Below are positions 9,230 through 15,621 of a DNA stretch of 34,520 nt, one piece after another (within the stretch, counting starts at the first letter, position 1; every line of letters begins with the position of its first letter). Location of the stretch: positions 1 to 34,520 of the IMG/VR virus record IMGVR_UViG_3300036782_000036; one strand, 5' to 3'. The notes beneath the pieces are model-generated. The model was given only the letters and a program-made list of their open reading frames with translations, searched no databases and was not told the origin of the DNA. The DNA comes from a virus. Position numbers and translations under genes: made by a program.

Positions 9230-10150
9230 ATGGCCGCACCACTGTCCGCGGACCGGCTGATCGCCGCGCTCCGCGCCGAAGGCGTCACCGTCATCGAGCA
9301 CCCCGGCTGGCGCACCCACAACCGCAACCACGTCGGCGACTGGGGACCGGTCGTCGGCGTGATGATCCACCACACCGTCAGCTCCGGCACCACCTCCTCG
9401 GTGGGGATGTGCTTCAACGGGTACGAGGGCCTGCCCGGGCCGCTGTGCCATGGCGTCATCGCGAAGGACGGCGTCGTGCACCTCGTCGGCAACGGCCGGG
9501 CCAACCACGCCGGCGGCGGCGACCCGTCCGTCCTCCAGGCCGTCATCACCGAGACGTACGGCGAGCAGCCCCCGGCGCCCCGCGTCCACCAGGGCAGCCC
9601 GGGCGCCGTCGACGGCAACTCCCGCTTCTACGGCTTCGAGTGCGTCAACCTCGGCGACGGCACCGACCCCTGGCCCACCGAGCAGCTGCTCGCGATCGAG
9701 CGCGTGGCCGCGGCCCTGTGCCGCGCGCACGGCTGGGGCGCCCGCTCCGTCATCGGCCACAAGGAGTGGTCCGACTGGAAGAACGACCCCCGCGGCTTCA
9801 CCATGCCGACGATGCGCGGCCGCGTGCAGGCCCGCCTCGACAAGGACCCTGCCAAGCCCGCCGAGCCGACGCCCACCCCGCCGAAGCAGCCGCCGGCCCT
9901 GGAGCCGTTCCCCGGCGCCTCGTTCTTCCGCGCGGGACGGAGCTCACCGGTCATCACCGCCATGGGCCGGCGCCTCGTCGCCGAAGGCTGCTCGGCGTAC
10001 ACCTCGGGGCCCGGGCCTCGGTGGACCGAGGCCGACCGCCTCAGCTACGCGAAGTGGCAGCGCAAGCTCGGATTCCGCGGCTCCGACGCCGACGGCATCC
10101 CCGGCCCCTCCTCCTGGACCGCCCTCAAGGTCCCCCGCTCCTCCCACTGA
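9230..10150 (+). CDS. Endolysin: N-acetylmuramoyl-L-alanine amidase (Amidase_2/PGRP) with a C-terminal peptidoglycan-binding domain
   Basis: ATG 6 nt after GGAGG; the ORF-track TTG start at 9206 is less likely. Catalytic-type motifs VMIHHTVS, NHAGGG and IGHKEWSDWKNDP. C-terminal PG_binding_1-like segment WQRKLGFRGSDADGIPGPSSWTAL. Confidence 0.9.
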   Translation: MAAPLSADRLIAALRAEGVTVIEHPGWRTHNRNHVGDWGPVVGVMIHHTVSSGTTSSVGMCFNGYEGLPGPLCHGVIAKDGVVHLVGNGRANHAGGGDPSVLQAVITETYGEQPPAPRVHQGSPGAVDGNSRFYGFECVNLGDGTDPWPTEQLLAIERVAAALCRAHGWGARSVIGHKEWSDWKNDPRGFTMPTMRGRVQARLDKDPAKPAEPTPTPPKQPPALEPFPGASFFRAGRSSPVITAMGRRLVAEGCSAYTSGPGPRWTEADRLSYAKWQRKLGFRGSDADGIPGPSSWTALKVPRSSH

Positions 10151-10161
10151 AAGGCGCCCCC

Positions 10162-10524
10162 ATGAACCTGCTCGCCAGCGTCCTCCGCACCGTCGTCCCG
10201 CTCCTGGCCGGATGGATCCTCACCGTCACCGGCGCTCTCGGCATCGAGGCCGACTCGACCGTGGTCGCCGGCGGCATCACCGCCGCCGTCACCCTCGCCT
10301 ACTACACCCTCCTCCGCCTGGCCGAAGAGCTCGCCTCCCGCATCGGCTGGGAGCCGGGCCGCCTCATCGCCGGCCTCTTCCTCGGCTGGGCCCGACCGCC
10401 CGCCTACGAGCAGCCGACCGCCACCGTCCCGGTTCGCGTCCACTTCGACAAGGAGGCCCTGCGCCTCGACGTTGGCGAGGCCCTGCGGCGCGCCGCCCAG
10501 GACGTGGAGAGGCGCCGCCCGTGA
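10162..10524 (+). CDS. Putative holin (120 aa, two predicted transmembrane helices, charged C-terminus)
   Basis: Directly after the endolysin gene. Hydrophobic segments VVPLLAGWILTVTGALGI and VVAGGITAAVTLAYYTLL. The long upstream extensions in the ORF track (9409..) overlap the endolysin out of frame and are spurious. Confidence 0.65.
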   Translation: MNLLASVLRTVVPLLAGWILTVTGALGIEADSTVVAGGITAAVTLAYYTLLRLAEELASRIGWEPGRLIAGLFLGWARPPAYEQPTATVPVRVHFDKEALRLDVGEALRRAAQDVERRRP

Positions 10525-10844
10525 CCGGCATCCCCGGCCTCGATATCGCGGCCGCCATCGCCGCCGCGATCGCCGCGCTCGGCGGCGCGCTCGCCCTGCT
10601 CTACCGCTGGGCCCGCGGCCTACGCCGAGGCCTCACCCGCCTCGGCGACTTCCTCGACGACTGGTTCGGCGTCGACGCGCGCCCGGGCGTCTCGGCGCGC
10701 CCCGGAGTCATGCAGCGGCTGTGCTCCCTGGAGGACGAAGTCGCCGGCATCAAGCACGAGCTCCACCCCAACTCAGGCAGCAGCCTCCGGGACGCGGTCG
10801 ACCGAGTCGACGCCCGCACCGCCCACCTCGACAAGGCCCCGTAG
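10521..10844 (+). CDS. Lysis-cassette membrane protein (107 aa, N-terminal TM helix plus helical C-terminal region)
   Basis: GTGA overlap with the holin stop. N-terminal segment IAAAIAAAIAALGGALALLY. The C-terminal part RLCSLEDEVAGIKHELHPNSGSSLRDAVDRVDART resembles actinophage lysis-region membrane proteins. Confidence 0.6.
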   Translation: MTGIPGLDIAAAIAAAIAALGGALALLYRWARGLRRGLTRLGDFLDDWFGVDARPGVSARPGVMQRLCSLEDEVAGIKHELHPNSGSSLRDAVDRVDARTAHLDKAP

Positions 10845-10851
10845 CCCACGA

Positions 10852-10879
10852 CGCCCCCTCTCGCTCGCGAGAGGGGGCG
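10852..10879 (+). terminator. Intrinsic terminator-like hairpin closing the late operon
   Basis: Perfect 12-bp stem CGCCCCCTCTCG/CGAGAGGGGGCG with a 4-nt loop, 8 nt after the stop at 10844. A T-containing tail (CATTCGTCTGTTCT) follows. Confidence 0.8.
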
Positions 10880-10961
10880 CATTCGTCTGTTCTGGGGCAC
10901 ACGACAAGGGCCTTGCCCCCTACTCTGATCGGTGTCGAGTCGTTCAGAGAGGGGCAAGGCC

Positions 10962-12215
10962 GTGTCGCTTCATGCTACCCCGGACCCGTACGCCAACCCG
11001 GCGGCTTTCGGGCAGAGAATGCAGATCCTCCGTGAGCGCCGCGGCATGACCCGCCAGGTGCTCGCCGGGCTCCTTGGGAAGTCGACCGACTGGGTGAAGT
11101 CCGTCGAGTCCGGCCGCATGCAGGCGCCCGGGATCGAGATGGTCTACCGGATCGCCGAGGCTCTGCGCGTGCGCGAGCTCTCCGACCTTACTGGCCACGG
11201 CGAGTACAAGGTGGACTTGTTCCTTGGCCCCGGGCATCCACGCCTGGCCGCTGTCAGGGCCGCCATCGAGGCGCGCCCTCTCGGCACGCCGGGAAGCGCA
11301 CCACCGAGGGCGGAGCACCTGGCCGCCAGGCTCGCTGTTGCCTGGAAGGCTCGGCACGAGGCCGCCAACCACCGAGAGAAGATCGGTGCGTTGTTGCCAG
11401 ACCTGATCCGAGACGCCCAGCTCTCCGTCAAGCACGCCGGGGAGCCCTCGGAGTGGCGCGCGGCGCAGGCCGTCCTCGCCGAGGTCTACTCGCTCGCGCA
11501 GTTCTTCCTCGCGTACCAGCCCGACCCGTCGCTCCTCTGGCGTGTTGCGGAGCGCGGCATGGTGGCCGCTGAGCAGTCCGACGACCCGCACGCGATCGGT
11601 GTCTCGTCCTGGCTCCTCGCCCAGGCCCACCGCGACACCGGCCCCTCCCACTACGACCAGGCCGACAGCATCACCAACCAGGCACTGGAGTACCTGACCC
11701 CGCTCCTGCCCGACGCCACGGACGACATCCTCGCCATCGCGGGTGCCCTGACCTTCGAGGCCGGCTACACCGCCGCCCGTAGGGGATCAACGGCCGCCGC
11801 CTGGCACCGGTGGGACACCGCCCGCGAGATGGCCGAGCGCCTGCCAGCCTCCTACTACCACCCCATCACGTCGTTCTCCCAGGCCATCATGGGCGCGCAC
11901 GCGGTCACAGTCGCCGTCGAGCTACACCACGGACCGGAATCGGTACGGCAGGCCGCCCAGGCGGATGTGGCGACCATCCCCTCCAGGCCCCGACGGGCCC
12001 GCCATCGGATCGAGGAGGCCCGCGGCTACCAGCTCGACGGTCAGCCCGACGTCGCCATCGCCACCCTGGAGAAAGCCCACCACGCGGCCCCGGAGACGAT
12101 CCGCTACAACGGCTACGCGCGGTCGATCATCTTGGAACAGACGGAGTCCAAGGTTGCGCACCGCCGCCGCCGGGCCGCCGAACTCGCCGTAGAGATGGGG
12201 CTCCTGGCAGCCTGA
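10962..12215 (+). CDS. XRE-family HTH regulator with a long all-helical (TPR-like) C-terminal domain (418 aa; 427 aa if GTG 10932 is used)
   Basis: The N-terminus FGQRMQILRERRGMTRQVLAGLLGKSTDWVKSVESGRMQAPGIEMVYRIAEAL is a classic HTH_3/31 motif. The remaining ~330 aa are Ala/Leu-rich helical repeats. GTG 10962 follows GAGAGGGG. Hairpin terminators flank the gene on both sides. Confidence 0.8.
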   Translation: MSLHATPDPYANPAAFGQRMQILRERRGMTRQVLAGLLGKSTDWVKSVESGRMQAPGIEMVYRIAEALRVRELSDLTGHGEYKVDLFLGPGHPRLAAVRAAIEARPLGTPGSAPPRAEHLAARLAVAWKARHEAANHREKIGALLPDLIRDAQLSVKHAGEPSEWRAAQAVLAEVYSLAQFFLAYQPDPSLLWRVAERGMVAAEQSDDPHAIGVSSWLLAQAHRDTGPSHYDQADSITNQALEYLTPLLPDATDDILAIAGALTFEAGYTAARRGSTAAAWHRWDTAREMAERLPASYYHPITSFSQAIMGAHAVTVAVELHHGPESVRQAAQADVATIPSRPRRARHRIEEARGYQLDGQPDVAIATLEKAHHAAPETIRYNGYARSIILEQTESKVAHRRRRAAELAVEMGLLAA

Positions 12216-12225
12216 CACAAGGGGG

Positions 12226-12242
12226 GGGGAGGATTCCTCCCC
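12226..12242 (+). terminator. Short hairpin after the XRE/helical-repeat gene
   Basis: GGGGAGG-ATT-CCTCCCC (7-bp stem, 3-nt loop), 11 nt after the stop. It is preceded by a G9 run. The U-tract is weak. Confidence 0.45.
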
Positions 12243-12308
12243 TCTACTCCGCGAGACCCCCCATAGCGTCGTGGTCAGGCAGAAGACGACCACGTCGGGG
12301 GTGTCCTC

Positions 12309-12575
12309 GTGTTGACGATCAAGGTCTATCGGGTGGGGAGCGACGGCACCACCGTGCCTGTCGCTCCGGCCTATAAGGTGCAGCCGGCCACGGAGCCTTC
12401 GGCCACGACCGCGTACCCGCCCTGCGGCTGCCCGAGACACCGCCGTCGCGAGTGGTGCGACTTCCACAAGGGTCCGTCGCAGAGCGCCGTTCCGGTCGAT
12501 GAGCACCGCCTCGCCTGCGCGCCTTGCCGCGAGCAGCGGAGCCTCGCCCCGCGCGCTGAGGCGGGGCAGCGGTGA
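12309..12575 (+). CDS. Hypothetical Cys/His-rich small protein (88 aa)
   Basis: GTG start. High GC3. Motifs CGCPRH, WCDFH and CAPC. Its stop overlaps the next start (GTGA). Confidence 0.55.
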   Translation: MLTIKVYRVGSDGTTVPVAPAYKVQPATEPSATTAYPPCGCPRHRRREWCDFHKGPSQSAVPVDEHRLACAPCREQRSLAPRAEAGQR

Positions 12576-12769
12576 CAACGACCAAGGAGTGGGTGATCCC
12601 GCCGTACGCCAACCTCACCTGGGAGCAGCACGCCGGGCGGAACTGCGTGTTCTGCGACCGCCCGCTCCATCAGGGGGCCCGGGAAGTCGGCCGGGTCAGG
12701 CGTGACTACGGCGTCCCGCTCCGGGACGTGCCGGTCTACGCGGGCCCCTGCTGCCTCGGCACCCCGTGA
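12572..12769 (+). CDS. Hypothetical Cys-containing small protein (65 aa)
   Basis: GTGA coupling at both ends. Motifs CVFC and PCC. High GC3. Confidence 0.55.
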   Translation: MTTTKEWVIPPYANLTWEQHAGRNCVFCDRPLHQGAREVGRVRRDYGVPLRDVPVYAGPCCLGTP

Positions 12770-12849
12770 GCGAGTGGCAGCGGCAAGCCCTCTACTGCCT
12801 GATCGTCCTCGGCATACTCGCCGTCCTCGTCGCCGGCATCACCACCTGA
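12766..12849 (+). CDS. 27-aa single-pass membrane micro-protein (not in the ORF track)
   Basis: GTG 12766 overlaps TGA 12767-12769. Hand translation gives VSEWQRQALYCLIVLGILAVLVAGITT then a stop at 12847-12849. It is the third member of a translationally coupled chain. Confidence 0.45.
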   Translation: MSEWQRQALYCLIVLGILAVLVAGITT

Positions 12850-12913
12850 CGGCCCTCGATGTCCCCTCTGGTCCATAGGATGGGCGGGCCGCCACGAGAG
12901 GAAATGATCACAA

Positions 12914-13321
12914 ATGCGCCCCCAGCGATTCACCGACTACGTCCTCGACCTCGCCAAGAACGCGCCCGGCATCGTCCGGGTGCAGACCCTCGCCGAGGCC
13001 GGCGACACCAAGCGGCCGTTCGGCCTGGCCATCACGACGTCGAGCGGCGAGAACCGGTGGCAGTTCATGGGGCAGCTCCCGGACGGAGCGAAGCACGAAG
13101 GCTTCACCGACGAGCCGGTGACCGGCACCCCTGCGCCGGCCATGGGCGACCCGGCTACCGCCGGCTCCCCCGAGGCGTGGCTCGCGGCCGTCCTCGCCGG
13201 CGCCGAGTGCCCGGAGATCTCCGCCATTGGCCGGTGGTCCACCAGCTCCGAGGGGGCCGCGCAGCGTGGCATCACTGTCGACTTCCACGACGGCTCGCGG
13301 ATCTTCGCGCGCCAGCTCTAG
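12914..13321 (+). CDS. Hypothetical protein (135 aa)
   Basis: ATG preceded by GAGAGGAAA (12897-12905). Good GC3. No recognised family. Confidence 0.65.
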   Translation: MRPQRFTDYVLDLAKNAPGIVRVQTLAEAGDTKRPFGLAITTSSGENRWQFMGQLPDGAKHEGFTDEPVTGTPAPAMGDPATAGSPEAWLAAVLAGAECPEISAIGRWSTSSEGAAQRGITVDFHDGSRIFARQL

Positions 13322-13395
13322 ACCCTCCCCGGTCACGGCCGGGGAGTGCACATCGCACCACCGTCAGCACCACCTACACACAGGAGGAACTGATC

Positions 13396-13542
13396 ATGCG
13401 ATTCGACCCCGGCATGTGCGAGGGGAACTGCCCGGTCTGCGGCGCCGGCGTGGGCAGCTCGCCCGGCACCCCGACGACGATGCACCAGCGCGCCGGGACC
13501 GGCACGGAGACCTGCCCGGGGAGCGGCCAGCCCGCCCTGTAA
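13396..13542 (+). CDS. 48-aa Cys-rich (zinc-ribbon-like) micro-protein
   Basis: ATG 8 nt after CAGGAGGAA (13381-13389). Sequence MRFDPGMCEGNCPVCGAGVGSSPGTPTTMHQRAGTGTETCPGSGQPAL. A strong hairpin follows. The ORF-track entry 12859..13542 is a spurious upstream extension. Confidence 0.55.
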   Translation: MRFDPGMCEGNCPVCGAGVGSSPGTPTTMHQRAGTGTETCPGSGQPAL

Positions 13543-13552
13543 CCGCGTAACG

Positions 13553-13583
13553 AGCCCCGGCCGGACCATCCACGGCCGGGGCT
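13553..13583. terminator. Bidirectional terminator hairpin between convergent genes
   Basis: 11-bp perfect stem AGCCCCGGCCG/CGGCCGGGGCT with a 9-nt loop. It lies between the + strand stop at 13542 and the - strand stop at 13582. Confidence 0.7.
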
Positions 13584-13824
13584 ACTCGAACAGCTGGCCT
13601 GGCGGGATGCCTATCGCGTCCGCCAGGAGCAGGACTGTGTCGACCGTGGGCGCGGCTCGTCCCGCCTCGATTTCTTGGACTGTCGCGCGCCCGAGCCCGC
13701 TCCGCTCGCAAACGGCCTGCTGGGTCAAGTTGGCGTAGAGCCTTGCGTCCCGCACCCGTGCGCCGAATACGGCCCGGCGGGCGAGGACCCAGTCGGGCGG
13801 CGGGGCTGATTTCGGGCGGACCAC
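13582..13824 (-). CDS. Small XRE/Cro-CI-type HTH regulator (80 aa)
   Basis: RVRDARLYANLTQQAVCERSGLGRATVQEIEAGRAAPTVDTVLLLADAIGIPPGQLF is a canonical HTH_3 domain. The GTG start lacks a clear RBS, so the true start may be internal or the mRNA may be leaderless. Confidence 0.75.
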   Translation of the reverse strand: MVRPKSAPPPDWVLARRAVFGARVRDARLYANLTQQAVCERSGLGRATVQEIEAGRAAPTVDTVLLLADAIGIPPGQLFE

Positions 13825-13932
13825 AGGGCAACGTTCGTCGCTTCTTGATCATTTGTATGCACGGCTAGCCAGGCATTTTTTGATCTTGAACGGCGCGCGT
13901 CACCCTGGGCCGCCCGATCCGGGCGGCTCCGG

Positions 13933-14910
13933 CTAGGGCACGTCCCGGTCCCTGCTCGTCGCCCACCACACCATCAACTGATTCGTGGAACGCAAGCCGA
14001 GATCATCCCGGAGCGCCTCAAGGTCGCGTCCCACCTCCCGGCCGCTCACGCCGAGTTGGCCGGCGACGACCGCCTGAGTATCTCCCTTGGCGAGCCCCCG
14101 CAGGATCATCCGCTGTTGCGGCGTCGTGACCGCGTCCGCCAGGGCGGCCCGAGCCTCCTGCCACGGGGTGGCCCTGTCCCAGTACCCCTGAAATACAGCG
14201 AGAGCGAATGCAGTGCAGGCGATGTCTTTGATGTGCCAGCCCGCATGGGCCTCGCTGCTCAGCACATGGTTGTCCACGAAGAGATTCGTCCCCGCCATGA
14301 CCATGCGGGGCGGAAGCTCTTGACCGACACGGACCTCGCCGCCCTCCGCGAGCACGACCTCCACGTACCTCGCCGTCGGCGCGTGCGCGAGGGCGGCAGA
14401 GGGGTACAGGGACCGTACGGGGATGCCTCGCACCAGGAGAGCGCGAGCTCTGCGGAGGCCCTCCTCCAGGACGGCCGGGTCTCGCTCAGTCGGCACGCCA
14501 GGCTGGACGGTGTAGAGGCCGCCCTCCGCGTCTGTCGCAAGCACGTGCTTGATGTGTTCGTTCATCAGCGCCTTGCTGTGCACGAACTCGCTTGCGGGGC
14601 CGCCATAGAGACGTGCGGGGTCATAGTGCCGCGCCAGACGTTCGAGGGCCGACACCCGCCCCATCTGATCAAGAGTGCGGGCCAGGGCCGCATGATGCTC
14701 CGCGAGGAGCTGTTGCGCGACGACGCGGGGATCCAGGGCGACAAGCTCGTCGCCGATTTGGCGGACGAGGCCGAGCTGAACGAGCCGGGTCACGGAGGCA
14801 GACGCCTCGACCGGTCGACCCTCCGCGATGTCGCGGTAGACGCGCTCCTCGTCGGGAGTGAGGGCAAGATCTTCAACGATTTCCATACCGCGCCGCCTGT
14901 TCTTGTCCAC
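13933..14910 (-). CDS. Transcriptional regulator: N-terminal winged-helix (TrmB-like), central unknown domain, C-terminal LuxR/GerE HTH (325 aa)
   Basis: The C-terminus TTPQQRMILRGLAKGDTQAVVAGQLGVSGREVGRDLEALRDDLGLRSTNQLMVWW is a LuxR-type HTH. The N-terminus LTPDEERVYRDIAEGRPVEASASVTRLVQLGLVRQ looks like a wHTH. An ATG at 14886 is an alternative start. Confidence 0.8.
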   Translation of the reverse strand: MDKNRRRGMEIVEDLALTPDEERVYRDIAEGRPVEASASVTRLVQLGLVRQIGDELVALDPRVVAQQLLAEHHAALARTLDQMGRVSALERLARHYDPARLYGGPASEFVHSKALMNEHIKHVLATDAEGGLYTVQPGVPTERDPAVLEEGLRRARALLVRGIPVRSLYPSAALAHAPTARYVEVVLAEGGEVRVGQELPPRMVMAGTNLFVDNHVLSSEAHAGWHIKDIACTAFALAVFQGYWDRATPWQEARAALADAVTTPQQRMILRGLAKGDTQAVVAGQLGVSGREVGRDLEALRDDLGLRSTNQLMVWWATSRDRDVP

Positions 14911-15037
14911 TTTCAGACGTGTCCCAAATTTCTCAGGAAAGCCCCTGGCATACGCCTAATGCACATGTCAGCGTAGGGGTCACGTCAAGAGTACGGATGC
15001 ATGTTCTATTTGTGATCGACACTCGGAGGGATGACCT

Positions 15038-15208
15038 ATGGGACAGAGCGTGACCAGAACCGTGGCGGCCGTGCTGGTTTCGGTTGCCGCCGTGATCGGT
15101 ATCGGGGCCACCGCCCACGCGGAGGACCCCGGATGGGGCGGGCCGGCGCCGACCGTCTCCACCCCCACGCCGACGCCCACCGCCGCGAACGATCCCGGCT
15201 GGGGGTAA
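15038..15208 (+). CDS. Secreted small peptide precursor (56 aa): Sec signal peptide plus a 28-aa mature part with two DPGWG motifs (not in the ORF track)
   Basis: ATG 7 nt after GGAGGG (15025-15030). Hand translation: MGQSVTRTVAAVLVSVAAVIGIGATAHA|EDPGWGGPAPTVSTPTPTPTAANDPGWG, then TAA 15206-15208. About 49 of 56 codons end in G/C by my count. The overlapping 192-aa ORF 15031..15609 is Arg-rich nonsense in this stretch. Confidence 0.6.
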   Translation: MGQSVTRTVAAVLVSVAAVIGIGATAHAEDPGWGGPAPTVSTPTPTPTAANDPGWG

Positions 15209-15345
15209 GGCTCCGGCACGTCTTGGTCACTCGTCCGTCAACCCCACATGGCGGATGCGCTCTGATATCGGCCCACGCGCACCATGAGAACGCGCAACGG
15301 GGGAACCCCTTGATCCGGCCCCGACGGCCGGGATGGGTGGGAGAA

Positions 15346-15609
15346 ATGACGGACGTAGTCCGTGTAGTAGTGCTTGGAGTACTGGCCCTCGGTGTCGTCG
15401 CCATGGCCTTCACGTTCAGGTCTCTGCGGAGCCAGGTCGACGACTTGCGCGCTGAGGTCGCATGCCTCCGAATCGAACGACTCCTCGGAGAGCCCGTGGC
15501 CGCGCCGGCGGACCGTGCACGGCCGCGGCGTCCCGAGCTCGGCATCATCGTTGGCGCCTTCGTCGGCGCCATTACTGCCACGGCCGCCACGTGGCTTCTG
15601 TGGGGGTGA
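15346..15609 (+). CDS. Small membrane protein (87 aa) with TM helices at both termini and a central amphipathic/coiled segment
   Basis: ATG after GGGTGGGAGAA. Segments VVRVVVLGVLALGVVAMAF and LGIIVGAFVGAITATAATWLLW flank SLRSQVDDLRAEVACLRIERLL. It contains many A/T-ending codons (gta, gga, cga, gaa, att, act), which is atypical for this genome. Confidence 0.65.
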   Translation: MTDVVRVVVLGVLALGVVAMAFTFRSLRSQVDDLRAEVACLRIERLLGEPVAAPADRARPRRPELGIIVGAFVGAITATAATWLLWG

Positions 15610-15621
15610 AGCATCACCCCC

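Noticed and set aside
9409-10844. 371-aa and 464-aa ORF-track entries overlapping the endolysin.
   Set aside because: Their 5' portions are Arg/Pro-rich out-of-frame read-through over the endolysin gene. Only the distal parts (10162..10524 and 10521..10844), which have proper start contexts and TM helices, look real.
12309-13542. Cys/Ser/Thr-rich small ORFs as RiPP or lanthipeptide precursors.
   Set aside because: No modification enzymes (LanM/LanB/LanC, YcaO, radical SAM), dedicated protease or transporter are encoded anywhere in the replicon. The Cys spacing looks more like zinc ribbons.
13825-13932. TTGATC-containing repeats (TTGATCA at about 13848, TTGATCT at about 13878) as operators for the small XRE regulator.
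   Set aside because: There are only two short, imperfect copies in an AT-richer stretch, and I could not define convincing -35/-10 hexamers. The evidence is too weak to report as a site.
15031-15609. 192-aa ORF from the track read as a single gene.
   Set aside because: The first ~105 codons are Arg-rich nonsense. Only the last 87 codons (from ATG 15346, with an RBS) look like a real membrane protein. The 5' part is better explained by the 56-codon secreted-peptide gene in another frame.
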